NCBI GenBank assembly: GCA_036520875.1
Contig: DATDIT010000021.1
Span: forward strand, 3,149-67,148
Direction: 5' to 3'
DNA length: 64,000 nucleotides
Source: Candidatus Acidiferrales bacterium
Lineage (GTDB): Bacteria; Acidobacteriota; Terriglobia; Acidiferrales; UBA7541
Of this stretch, positions 54,771 to 63,845 are shown one piece after another; position 1 is the first letter of the stretch, and each line of letters starts with the position of its first letter. Made by a program: the position numbers and the translations under genes. The notes under the pieces were generated by a model. It made no database searches, was not told where the DNA came from, and saw nothing but the letters and a program-made list of their open reading frames with translations.

Positions 54771-57700
54771 CTAGCGCGGCGTGCGCACCGTGGGCTGAAT
54801 CGTAATCAGCTGTTCGTGCTCGGGGCAAAGCGGCTTGAAGTCGCAATATCCACATCCAAAACCCGGCTTCGCTCGAAAATTCCCGGCGCGAATCTGGTCG
54901 GCTACATCCGCGATTTTTTCCTTCGCCGCCACGAGAGCTTTTGCGTCGCGCGTGGTAGCCACCCCCTCATTCTCCGTCAGGTTGTAAAGCACCAGGCGCG
55001 CCGGCTCCAAGCCCAACACCTCGCGCGCCGCCAGCGCGTAGATGCTCAGTTGCAGATTCTCTGCGGCCTTCTTCACGTCGTGCCGCCTTCCGGTTTTGTA
55101 ATCCACAATCTCCACTTCGTCGGCGCTCAGCCGGTTCACCTGGTCCATCCGGCCCGTCACAACTACGTCGTGATCGAGTGGCAGCTCAAACCTCTTCTCC
55201 TGATAGATAACGTCAGGCCGCGCATCCTGGCAAGCGCGATGAAAGGCTGCCAATTGCTCCCGGCCCGCCTTGCGATATTCATCTTGCTGGTATTCGTCCG
55301 GAAAACCGGCTGACGACCATTGCCGCTCATAAATTGCCGCCACTTCCTCAAAGGGAACGGCCGCGCCCTTGCGCATCTCGCCCACAAATTCACGAATCGT
55401 CGAATGCATCACGTTTCCAAATGTTTTCTGCGCATTCGGCCCGCCGCGAATATTCCATACGTACTGAAACATGTACTTCATCGGACATCGATCGTACGCA
55501 TCAATCCGCGACGCGCTCAATTGCAGCGGTTCGGGCTGCGGCGGATGGTAGGCCTTGGCCCACAGCGCGACGCGCGAATATGCCTTGGCAGATTCTCGCG
55601 CCACTCTAAAGAGCGGAGGCTCGTCCGACGAATCCCACAAAGGCCCGGCGGTTTCTTCCACGGGTGGCACTTCTACTTTCGGCTGGCACTGGTCGGTGTC
55701 AAACTTCTGAATCTTAGGATTCGCTAAACAATCCACCAGAAATGGCGACTCTCGTTTCCAGCGATTGACGACCGTGGAAAGCGTCAGCCGCTTTTGGGCG
55801 CGCGTCAGCGCCACATAGAAGAGCCGCCGCTCCTCTTGCTTCTGAAAATCAAATTTCGGCTGTTCCTCCTTCATGAGTTCCGGCGGAAATTCAAACGTGG
55901 CCGGGCGCGGCTTCGACGGGAAATCATTGTTGCTAAGGCGCAAGATGAAAACGTGCGGGAACTCAAGGCCCTTGGCGGAGTGAACCGTCATGAGCTGTAC
56001 CGCGTCGTCGGAAAGTTCCTCTTCCAGTTGGATGTCTCCGTCGAGTTCATCGAAAAAACCGAGATACTCGGCAAAGTCGCGAAGCTGTTTCTTTTCGCTT
56101 TTCCCCTCCCACTCTTTTACGAACGCGACCAGCTTTTCCACGTGCTGGCGGTCGATTCCCGGCATCAGCACTCCAATGCCCAGGTTCGCGATCAATTCAT
56201 CGAGTACCTCAATCGCTTTTTTCTTCGCGGCGGTTTGTCTTAATTGATGGAAGAGCTGCACCAACTCCGGGAGTCGAACGCCTTCCCGATCCAACGGAGC
56301 CTCTCTTTGCGACGCTTCCACTTGATCCCAAAGCGGACGCCGATTTTTTTCGGCGCGTTCAGCCAGACGCACCAGGTCGCGCGCTTCCAGCCCCCAATAC
56401 GGAGCGGCGAGCGCCCGCGTGCACGCCACGTTATCCGCCGGCGCCGCAATCAGCCGCATCCACGCAAGCAGGTCGCGCACAAGAGTGCTCGATAAAATCG
56501 AGGCCTTGTGTATTACAAATGGAATTCCCCGTCGGCGTAGCGCCTGCAGAAGTTGTGCCCGATGGCGATGCTTGCGGTAAAGTACCGCAAAACTTCGCCA
56601 CAGGGCCCCCGCCCCATGCAGCCGCTCGATTTCTCCGGCTATCCACTCGCCTTCTTCGTCGAACCCGCCGAATTCGGCCACTCGAATTTTTTCGCCGTGG
56701 GCGTTTTCGGTCACGAGCTTTTTGGGCGGCAACAATGGTGACGGCTCGTTCACGCGGATCACTTCGCCCGCCACACGAAGGATTCGCTGCGTCGACCGGT
56801 AATTCTGCGACAGCGACACGAGGAAATCTTTCGCTGCGGTGCCGCGCTGCTTTCCCTCCACGCCGCAGAATCTCTCGAGGAAAATCGTAAAGCTGCCAAA
56901 CGAAGCGCCCCTGAAGCGGTAGATCGCTTGATCGTCGTCGCCCACGGCGAGGATGTTGCGGCGCTCACCGGCCAACAGCCACAGCAACTCGAGCTGCGCG
57001 ATATTCGTGTCTTGAAATTCGTCCACTAAAATGTAGCGGTACTGGTTGCGCAGGCTTTCCAGCAATTGGGCATCGGCCCTCAAACTTTCCACCGACTTCA
57101 ACAGTTGCGCCCCGAAGGTATAGAGGTTGCGCTCCAACAGCAGCCGCTCGCTCACGCGGTAGATTCGCGCCAGTTCTTCCTGCTTCGCTAATTCTTCTCC
57201 GGCCACCTGCAACGCATCCGGTTCCATGCCCCTTTTTCGCACTTCGTAGTCTCGCCGTAGCCCGCTCACGTGTCGCTGGTAATCGTCCGGAGTCACCAGC
57301 TCGTCTTGGCAGCGCGAAAAAAAAGTCACGAAGTCTTTCAGGAACTGCGCCGGTTCCGCAAGCCGTCGGAAGATCACCAATCCGAGTTCCGCGAGATTCC
57401 GCCGCAGCAAAATCCGATGATCGATTTCCTCGATGGCTTGAATTTCCGGTTTCGACGCGCGCAAAATTCTTTCCAGGCAGAACGAGTGGAAGGTGCTGAG
57501 CCAGATGCCTTCGGCCCTTTCCCCCGCGGACTTCACCACCCGGCTCTTCATTTCTCCGGCAGCTTTGTCCGTGAAAGTGAGGCCCAAAATATTTTCGCCG
57601 CTAAGCGATGCGTCGCTCTCGAGCAACCGGCGAATGCGCTCGGTGATAACGCGAGTCTTTCCGGTTCCCGCGCCGGCGATTACCAGCAGTGGCCCTTCGC

Positions 57701-57788
57701 CATGTTCGACAGCGGCGCGCTGCTCCGCGTTGAGCGGAAAGCCCAGCGCCGCCACTTCCTTCGAGTTTGCGATTGGATTCATAAACAC
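54771..57788 (-). CDS. UvrD/PcrA-type SF1 helicase fused to a Cas4/AddB-type PD-(D/E)XK nuclease with Fe-S cysteines
   Basis: It has Walker A AGAGTGKT, motif II LVDEFQDT and later SF1 motifs (VHSAKGLEF). The C-terminal nuclease has RCPMKY, IVDYKTG, QLSIYALA and the terminal CGYCDFKPLC cluster. Confidence 0.85.
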   Translation of the reverse strand: MFMNPIANSKEVAALGFPLNAEQRAAVEHGEGPLLVIAGAGTGKTRVITERIRRLLESDASLSGENILGLTFTDKAAGEMKSRVVKSAGERAEGIWLSTFHSFCLERILRASKPEIQAIEEIDHRILLRRNLAELGLVIFRRLAEPAQFLKDFVTFFSRCQDELVTPDDYQRHVSGLRRDYEVRKRGMEPDALQVAGEELAKQEELARIYRVSERLLLERNLYTFGAQLLKSVESLRADAQLLESLRNQYRYILVDEFQDTNIAQLELLWLLAGERRNILAVGDDDQAIYRFRGASFGSFTIFLERFCGVEGKQRGTAAKDFLVSLSQNYRSTQRILRVAGEVIRVNEPSPLLPPKKLVTENAHGEKIRVAEFGGFDEEGEWIAGEIERLHGAGALWRSFAVLYRKHRHRAQLLQALRRRGIPFVIHKASILSSTLVRDLLAWMRLIAAPADNVACTRALAAPYWGLEARDLVRLAERAEKNRRPLWDQVEASQREAPLDREGVRLPELVQLFHQLRQTAAKKKAIEVLDELIANLGIGVLMPGIDRQHVEKLVAFVKEWEGKSEKKQLRDFAEYLGFFDELDGDIQLEEELSDDAVQLMTVHSAKGLEFPHVFILRLSNNDFPSKPRPATFEFPPELMKEEQPKFDFQKQEERRLFYVALTRAQKRLTLSTVVNRWKRESPFLVDCLANPKIQKFDTDQCQPKVEVPPVEETAGPLWDSSDEPPLFRVARESAKAYSRVALWAKAYHPPQPEPLQLSASRIDAYDRCPMKYMFQYVWNIRGGPNAQKTFGNVMHSTIREFVGEMRKGAAVPFEEVAAIYERQWSSAGFPDEYQQDEYRKAGREQLAAFHRACQDARPDVIYQEKRFELPLDHDVVVTGRMDQVNRLSADEVEIVDYKTGRRHDVKKAAENLQLSIYALAAREVLGLEPARLVLYNLTENEGVATTRDAKALVAAKEKIADVADQIRAGNFRAKPGFGCGYCDFKPLCPEHEQLITIQPTVRTPR

Positions 57789-57840
57789 AGCTCTGCCGAT
57801 TGTAGCAGGTTTCGGCTTAGGCGAATATAAAGCGAATACC

Positions 57841-58869
57841 CTACGCTCTTGGTTCGCCGCGCAGCCGTTCCACTTCCGCCCGCAATTCGCGCAATTCCTT
57901 CTGTAATTCCGGCAAACGGTTGAAGACCGCCACCGATTTGCGCCAATCCAGATTGTTCATCGCGGGATAGCCCGAAAAAACCGCGCCCGCCGGAACATCG
58001 GTGGGGACGCCGCTTTGCGCCGTCAGGGTCGCGCCGTCGCCAATCGTCAAGTGGCCAGCCGCGCCAACTTGCCCGGCGAGAATCGCTCGGTTGCCAACGT
58101 GAGTCGTGCCCGCCAGGCCAACCTGGCCGCAGAGCAGCGTGTCCTCTCCTACTTTGCAGGCATGGCCGACCTGTACGAGGTTGTCGATCTTCGTGCCGCG
58201 GCCGATCTGTGTTTCGCCGACTGTGGCGCGGTCGATGGCACTGTGAGCCTGGATTTCCACGTCGTCGCCGATCACCGTAATTCCCGCTTGACGCATCTTG
58301 TACCACCGGCCGGTGGCTTCGCGCGCGAAACCGAAGCCGTCGCTGCCCACGACCACGCCGTTTTGTAAAATCACGCGATTGCCGATCCGGCAGTCTTCAC
58401 GAACGCAGGCGTGCGCGTGAGCGAAGAAATCGTCGCCAATCCGCGCACCGCGATAAACGCAAACGAAACTGTGTAGCACCGCGTTCGCTCCGATCTCGAC
58501 ATCCTCAGCTACATAGCAATAAGGCCCGATGTGGGCGCCCGCGCCAATTTTTGCGGACTCTCCGATCACTGCCGTGCGATGGACGCTTGGGCCGTAGCGA
58601 CGCGTGGGATGAAATATCTCGATGGCTCGCGCAAAATCGAGATACGGATTCGCGGAGCGGAGCGCCGCCATGCGGGGACGGGTTTCGTCGCGACCTATCA
58701 GGATGGCCGAAGCGCGCGTCGTGTCGAGGGCCGGACGATATTTGCGATTGACAAGGAAGGTCAATTCGCCCGGCTGCGCTTCTTCAATTCCGGCGACGCC
58801 GGTGATTTCGACGTTCGCGTCACCCTCGACCTCGCAGCCCAGCTTCTCGGCAAGCGCCAGCAGTTTCAT
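57841..58869 (-). CDS. lpxD: UDP-3-O-(3-hydroxyacyl)glucosamine N-acyltransferase
   Basis: The N-terminal LpxD domain ([15 protein letters not shown] ... [13 protein letters not shown]) is followed by a long left-handed beta-helix of hexapeptide repeats. ATG at 58869 has an AGGAGA Shine-Dalgarno. Confidence 0.92.
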   Translation of the reverse strand: MKLLALAEKLGCEVEGDANVEITGVAGIEEAQPGELTFLVNRKYRPALDTTRASAILIGRDETRPRMAALRSANPYLDFARAIEIFHPTRRYGPSVHRTAVIGESAKIGAGAHIGPYCYVAEDVEIGANAVLHSFVCVYRGARIGDDFFAHAHACVREDCRIGNRVILQNGVVVGSDGFGFAREATGRWYKMRQAGITVIGDDVEIQAHSAIDRATVGETQIGRGTKIDNLVQVGHACKVGEDTLLCGQVGLAGTTHVGNRAILAGQVGAAGHLTIGDGATLTAQSGVPTDVPAGAVFSGYPAMNNLDWRKSVAVFNRLPELQKELRELRAEVERLRGEPRA

Positions 58870-59341
58870 GATGATCTCCTGAGCGTTAGGCAACATTCCG
58901 AACCGTTTGACTGGCTGTTCCTTTTTTCGTGCCGTTGGAAAGTGTGACGGGTAGAAGGTACATCGATCCTTTGTTTTGAATGAGTTACGTAAGGTTCTAC
59001 TCGGCTGCTGTGACGATCAGAAACACGGTATCTGCATGTAGCAGAAGAACTGCAGGGCCGTGAGTCGGACGCTCGTTGGCCCTTTCTGACGCGCCGAATT
59101 TTCTCGCAATTATTCATCGTGTCCATGTTAGGCGCTGGGCTGGCGAATTCAAGCGGTTGTTGGTGTAAAGAATTTTTCCTCGGTCGAGAGTCTTGGGGTA
59201 ACGGACCTAAACTTCTTGGCAGGTGCAGAAGTCAACAGTCGCGAGAATTGAAAAATTCAAAGGGAGGAAATGAAGCCGCGGTTGGCGGGAAACTGGGTCG
59301 GCGCCAGCTCTCTCGGAGAGAGCCGGCGTCAACTCGAGGGT

Positions 59342-60541
59342 TTAGTGCTGGTGTTCAGCGTCAGGCTTCTTCTGCTGGGGCTCAGCTTTGCGCTCCGGTT
59401 GGGGTCTGGACTGGGGAGCGGCCCTCTGTTCGCGTTGCGGCTGACTTCGGGGTGCTTCCGGCTGAACGTTCCGATTTGGCTGCACGTTGTTGTGCGGCTG
59501 ATTACGTGGCTGGTTTTCCCTATTGGGACGGTTCACTTCGTTCGGACGCGTCTCGTTTGGATTGTTCGGAGGAGTTGCATTCCTGTTTCCCGGCTGGTTA
59601 CGGTTCATGTTGTTGGGGGGAGGAGTCACGTTCCTATTTTCCGGACGGTTACGATTCGTGTTGTTGGGTGGATTTACGTTCCTATTTTGCGGAGGGGTCA
59701 TATTTCTGTTTGCCGGACGGTTCGGGTTCACGTTATTTGGACGGCTCTCGTTCCGGTTGTTAGGCTGGGCGGGGCGCGTAGCGTTGGCTCCGCCAGTTGC
59801 GGATGGACGGATTGATTCCCTGGCCGGCGCTACGTTATTCGTTCTGAAATCACCAGGCTTTGCTGTGGCAGTGATGGGCGGGCGGCCGTGATTCTCGGAG
59901 GCACGCAGCGCGGTATTACGGCTGGCGGCCTGCTCCTGCTGCGTTTGTACGCTGGTTCGTTGAACGTGGCGCTCGCGTTCGGCGGCCAATTGGGCGGAAT
60001 TGGGACGTGCCGAGATGCCGCCGCGTCCACCATTGTAACTGACACGATTCTGGGTTCTGTTGTTGACGATCACTGTCCGATCAACGTAGGTGTTGCGGAT
60101 TACAGTGGTGTTAACCCGCGTGACAGCAGTGTTGTAGACAAATCTATCGTGGTCCCAGCGTCCCCCGACGTAGCCATTACCGAAATAACCGAACCCGTAG
60201 TTGATGCCACCGTAGAAGCCGACTTGGGGCCCCCAATAGCCGGCGTGCCATACGTAGGCGTCGTCGCTCCAACCCCAATATCCGGGGGTCCATAGAAGGC
60301 CAGGCTGTGGAGGAAGAACCCACGTGCCGGGAACCCAGTAGTAGCCGTCGTCAGCATACGCCCAATAGCCCGGGACCCAGATATAGCCAGGATCAGGGCA
60401 AACGGGCTGTTCGTACACCGGCAAAGCCGGGGGGCCAACCCGCACCGATATTCCCACCGAGATCTGGGCCAGAGAGCTAGATGGAAAGACCAACAACAGG
60501 AGGGCCAGCAACCCGACAGAGACAAGGACCATCTTGCGCAT
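59342..60541 (-). CDS. secreted YXWGXW-repeat protein with Asn/Pro/Arg-rich low-complexity tail
   Basis: ATG at 60541 has a GGAG Shine-Dalgarno and gives the signal peptide MRKMVLVSVGLLALLLLVFPSSSLAQ. The repeats are GYIWVPGYWAY, GYYWVPGTWV, LWTPGYWGW and YVWHAGYWGP. The last 150 or so residues are degenerate NRN..PP.N repeats. Confidence 0.75.
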   Translation of the reverse strand: MRKMVLVSVGLLALLLLVFPSSSLAQISVGISVRVGPPALPVYEQPVCPDPGYIWVPGYWAYADDGYYWVPGTWVLPPQPGLLWTPGYWGWSDDAYVWHAGYWGPQVGFYGGINYGFGYFGNGYVGGRWDHDRFVYNTAVTRVNTTVIRNTYVDRTVIVNNRTQNRVSYNGGRGGISARPNSAQLAAERERHVQRTSVQTQQEQAASRNTALRASENHGRPPITATAKPGDFRTNNVAPARESIRPSATGGANATRPAQPNNRNESRPNNVNPNRPANRNMTPPQNRNVNPPNNTNRNRPENRNVTPPPNNMNRNQPGNRNATPPNNPNETRPNEVNRPNRENQPRNQPHNNVQPNRNVQPEAPRSQPQREQRAAPQSRPQPERKAEPQQKKPDAEHQH

Positions 60542-60779
60542 GTTTATCTCCTCTAGGCACTTAGATTCCCGAAAGGCTCGTGGGGTCACGCAATGGCAGA
60601 GCGAGAGGGTCGGCTCGGCGGATAACTCGCGTCTTGCCGCCCCCCGGACTGCGCCTCTACAAAAAGCAAAGGCCAAGCTAGGCAACTGGAAACTGTTGAG
60701 ATTTTTGGCGTTCCAGTGTTGGCTGCGGAGCACGCCCCGGCAAGCGCCCCGAAGCGCAGGCCGTTTATCGCCAGAGGCA

Positions 60780-60875
60780 GGCTATCGTGGAACCCATTTT
60801 CGGGCAGATCACACAGTGGTGAATGCGGAGTGGCAGATCATCTGCGCCACGCACGATTTGCTGAAGCTCTACCGC
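60780..60875 (+). pseudogene. remnant of a DDE transposase C-terminus (IS1182/IS5-like), about 32 codons
   Basis: The frame translates to GYRGTHFRADHTVVNAEWQIICATHDLLKLYR. This resembles the conserved extreme C-terminus (G-F-R-x-F-x-x-R-G-x-x-K-V-x-x-E-W-x-L-x-C-x-x-H-N-L-x-K-L) of these transposases. No upstream transposase body is present. Confidence 0.4.
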
Positions 60876-61095
60876 TGGCGGGCGGCGAGCAGCTAAAGGC
60901 GAGTCGGGATGAAACGGAAAAAAACGGCCAAACCACCGTGCGATGTTTTCGACAGCATCGCTCGTCCGACCGGTATCACAACCACCCGTTTCCGCCAATT
61001 ATCTCCGACAGACTCCAAGCTCCCGCACCCCATATGGCAGCGAATGGCGGGTTAACTTTAGACGGATGAGTCACATCACGCCAGGCATCTGAGCC

Positions 61096-61115
61096 GGGCA
61101 CGGCACGCTGTGCCC
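61096..61115. repeat. short palindromic REP-like element, family A
   Basis: GGGCACGGCACGCTGTGCCC is a near-perfect palindrome in an intergenic location. Confidence 0.6.
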
Positions 61116-61176
61116 CCAGCAAGGCTCGAACGCCGCGCCTACTCTCTTGTCGGAGCTCAAGCTTCCTTAAATTAGC

Positions 61177-62343
61177 CTACTTGCCGAGGAGTTGGCGGGC
61201 GATTACCATGCGCTGGATTTCGCTGGTGCCTTCACCGATGGTGCAGAGCTTTACGTCGCGGTAATACTTTTCGGCGGGATAATCCTTGATAAAGCCGTAG
61301 CCGCCGTGAATCTGGACGGCTTCGTTGGCTACGCGGACGGCGACTTCTCCTGCATAGAGTTTGGCCATGCTGGACTCACGAGTGATGCGCGATTGGTCGC
61401 TGGCACCCTCGGCGATGGCGCGATCGGCGAGCCAAGCGGCGCGGTAGGTCAACAAACGCGCGGCTTCAATCTGCGTGGCCATATCGGCGAGCTTGAATTG
61501 AATGGCTTGAAAATCGGCGATAGGCTTGCCGAATTGTTTGCGTTCTTTGGCGTATCGCACCGAGCACTCGTAGGCACCCTGCGCCATGCCCAGTCCGAGT
61601 GACGCGATTGAGATGCGGCCGCCATCGAGGATTTGCAAGCTATTGACGAAGCCTTCGCCTTCCGCGCCCAAGAGATTCTCCGCGGGCACGCGGCAATCGG
61701 TGAAGACCACTTCGCTGGTGTCGCTCGCGCGCAAGCCGAGCTTGTTTTCTTTCTTGCCGGGACGAAAGCCCGGAGTACCCTTCTCGATGATGAATGCGGA
61801 GATACCGTGGTGCTTCTTGGCGGCGTCCGTGACGGCCATCGCCACGCACACGTCGGCATAGTGTCCATTGGTGGTGAAGGTTTTTGCGCCATTGATTACC
61901 CAACTACCGTTTTTCTTGGCAGCCACGGTGCGCGTGCCGCCCGCATCCGATCCCGCTTCCGGCTCGGTAAGCGACCAGCAGCCCAGCTTTTTTCCTTGCG
62001 CCAGCGGGACTACGTATTTTTGTTTCTGCTCTTCGGTGCCGAACTTGTAGATATGATTGGTGCACAGCGAATTGTGCGCGGCGACGATGATGCCGACAGA
62101 ACCATCCACGCGAGAAAGCTCCTCGATGATGATGGCGTATTCGAGATAGCCCATGCCCGCGCCGCCATATTTTTCCGGGAAAATGACGCCGAGAAGGCCC
62201 ATCTCAGCGAGCTTGGGCATAATTCCCGAGGGGAATTGAGAGGCTTCGTCCCACTCCATGACATGCGGAGCGATTTCAGCCTCGGCAAATTCGCGGACGG
62301 TGCGACGGAGGTGCTGCTGTTCGTCGGTGAGCGAGAACTCCAC
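61177..62343 (-). CDS. acyl-CoA dehydrogenase (short/medium-chain type)
   Basis: It resembles an acyl-CoA dehydrogenase along its full length. Supporting segments are [21 protein letters not shown] and the C-terminal [18 protein letters not shown]. Confidence 0.93.
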   Translation of the reverse strand: MEFSLTDEQQHLRRTVREFAEAEIAPHVMEWDEASQFPSGIMPKLAEMGLLGVIFPEKYGGAGMGYLEYAIIIEELSRVDGSVGIIVAAHNSLCTNHIYKFGTEEQKQKYVVPLAQGKKLGCWSLTEPEAGSDAGGTRTVAAKKNGSWVINGAKTFTTNGHYADVCVAMAVTDAAKKHHGISAFIIEKGTPGFRPGKKENKLGLRASDTSEVVFTDCRVPAENLLGAEGEGFVNSLQILDGGRISIASLGLGMAQGAYECSVRYAKERKQFGKPIADFQAIQFKLADMATQIEAARLLTYRAAWLADRAIAEGASDQSRITRESSMAKLYAGEVAVRVANEAVQIHGGYGFIKDYPAEKYYRDVKLCTIGEGTSEIQRMVIARQLLGK

Positions 62344-62410
62344 GATATGTTTATATCATGGCACCGGAGGCGCAATGGGAATGGGGCGCGAGAGCGGCAA
62401 CAAGGTAAGA

Positions 62411-62457
62411 GAAAGCAGATCCCTCGTCGGCCGAAAGGCCGCCTCTGTCGGAATGAC
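62411..62457 (-). repeat. MITE/REP-like element, family B, short copy 3
   Basis: The minus strand reads GTCATTCCGACAGAGGCGGCCTTTCGGCCGACGAGGGATCTGCTTTC. It lies between the acyl-CoA dehydrogenase start and the hemH stop. Confidence 0.55.
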
Positions 62458-62467
62458 AAATGGATGA

Positions 62468-63460
62468 CTACAGGGCCAAGGAGGCGACGCCGGCGCGGCG
62501 GCCTACCGCGCGGAGGACGAGGTCGGCAAGAGCGCGGATGAGGAGCGGCGAATCGTTGAGCGCGGGCATCATGTGAAAGTCACTGACGCCGAGCGATTCG
62601 GCCTGTTCGCGAGCTTCAATATTGATTTCGTAGAGGGTTTCGATGTGCTCAGTGAGGAAGGAAATGGGAACCACCAGCATCCGCTTGATACCTTCGGATG
62701 CCATTTTCGCGACCGTGGCAGTGAGCGAGGGCTGCAGCCATTTCTGAGGGCCGACCTTGCTCTGAAAGCAAAGCATGTATGGATTGGCCCAGGCTCCGAG
62801 TTCGCGAACTAGCCGAACTGTGGCCTCAATCTGGCGCGGATAAGGGTCGCCTTTTTCCACTAACGCCATGGGAAGTCCGTGCGCGCTGAATACCAAGGGC
62901 ACCTCCTCGGGATACGGCAACTGCTGGAGTATGCCATTGATGCGCTCGACGACTCCCCCGATGTAATCGGGATGATCGAAAAAATGGTCGACAACATGCA
63001 CGGGAACTCGCGAGGTGTAGAGGCGATTCCATTCCTTGAGGCTGCTGCCGGTGGTGGCCAGCGAGTAATGAGGATAGAGGGGTAGCAGCACGAGTTCGTC
63101 GAAAGCGGCGCGCTGCAAAGCCGCGATCGCTTCCTCGGTATTCGGATGCCAGTAGCGCATGGCCACAAAGGTGCGCGCGGAAATATGCGGGCGCAGGGCC
63201 ACATCGAGCGCTCGCGCCTGTTGCTCCGTGAGGCGACGAATGGGCGAGCCGCCGCCGATTTCGGCATAGTGCTGCCGAACGGTCTTCGAGCGCGTGGTCG
63301 AGATCAACTTCGCCAGCGGTTTGCGGGCGAGAAACGATCCAGGAAAATTGATGATGTCGGGATCGCAAAACAGATTGTAGAGGAAGGGCTCGACGGCGCC
63401 CTGGCGGTCGGGTCCTCCCAGCTGGAAGCAAACAACCGCGATCTTTTTCTCTGCCGGCAT
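62468..63460 (-). CDS. hemH: ferrochelatase
   Basis: Supporting segments are VVCFQLGGPD, PFLYNLFCDPDII, YAEIGGGSPI, FSAHGLP and FLTEHIETLYEI. Confidence 0.93.
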   Translation of the reverse strand: MPAEKKIAVVCFQLGGPDRQGAVEPFLYNLFCDPDIINFPGSFLARKPLAKLISTTRSKTVRQHYAEIGGGSPIRRLTEQQARALDVALRPHISARTFVAMRYWHPNTEEAIAALQRAAFDELVLLPLYPHYSLATTGSSLKEWNRLYTSRVPVHVVDHFFDHPDYIGGVVERINGILQQLPYPEEVPLVFSAHGLPMALVEKGDPYPRQIEATVRLVRELGAWANPYMLCFQSKVGPQKWLQPSLTATVAKMASEGIKRMLVVPISFLTEHIETLYEINIEAREQAESLGVSDFHMMPALNDSPLLIRALADLVLRAVGRRAGVASLAL

Positions 63461-63595
63461 CGCGCCCTTCGGCTATTAAGATGCCACAAGAGGCCGCTCA
63501 GCGCAAAACGGGTTCGTAGGGGAGCGACGTCCGGTTCCGGACGCACTCGCGCATCGCGAGTTGACGCATACCGGGAATCTGTCTACATTCGTACC

Positions 63596-63817
63596 GTGCC
63601 CACCGGAAAGGTACAAGTTGGTCAGGTCTGGAAGAAGGACGGGACTGAAGATTCCTTTCTGGTCACCAAGATTTACAGCGAGGCGCTGGCCACGTTTGCC
63701 GTCTTGCGCAAGACAGGAGCGGAGGGCGAGCCGCCGATCCGCATCAGAGTGGCGAAAAGCGGAGCGGCGGCAAGCTTGCCGGGATATACCTTTACTCAAC
63801 AGTCCGACGATTTCTGA
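63596..63817 (+). CDS. small hypothetical protein (73 codons, GTG start), tentative
   Basis: This is the only part of ORF 63146-63817 that does not overlap hemH antisense. TTGACG, a 17-nt spacer and TACATT (63561-63589) place a putative transcription start at or near the GTG. I recognise no family. Confidence 0.3.
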   Translation: MPTGKVQVGQVWKKDGTEDSFLVTKIYSEALATFAVLRKTGAEGEPPIRIRVAKSGAAASLPGYTFTQQSDDF

Positions 63818-63845
63818 GATGGCGCCCTAGAAATCTTAGAAACGC

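Noticed and set aside
59119-59891. Several + strand ORFs (59119-59763, 59270-59815, 59523-59891) lie opposite the YXWGXW gene tail.
   Set aside because: They are artefacts of the repetitive, codon-biased Asn/Pro/Arg repeat region read in antisense. They have no starts with a Shine-Dalgarno and no motifs.
61633-62541. A 302-aa + strand ORF lies antisense to the acyl-CoA dehydrogenase.
   Set aside because: It is a shadow ORF with Arg/Gly-rich sequence opposite a very clear acyl-CoA dehydrogenase.
63146-63595. This is the upstream 150 codons of ORF 63146-63817.
   Set aside because: These codons lie entirely antisense to hemH and are Arg-rich. Only the last 73 codons, which lie outside hemH, are kept as a tentative small gene.
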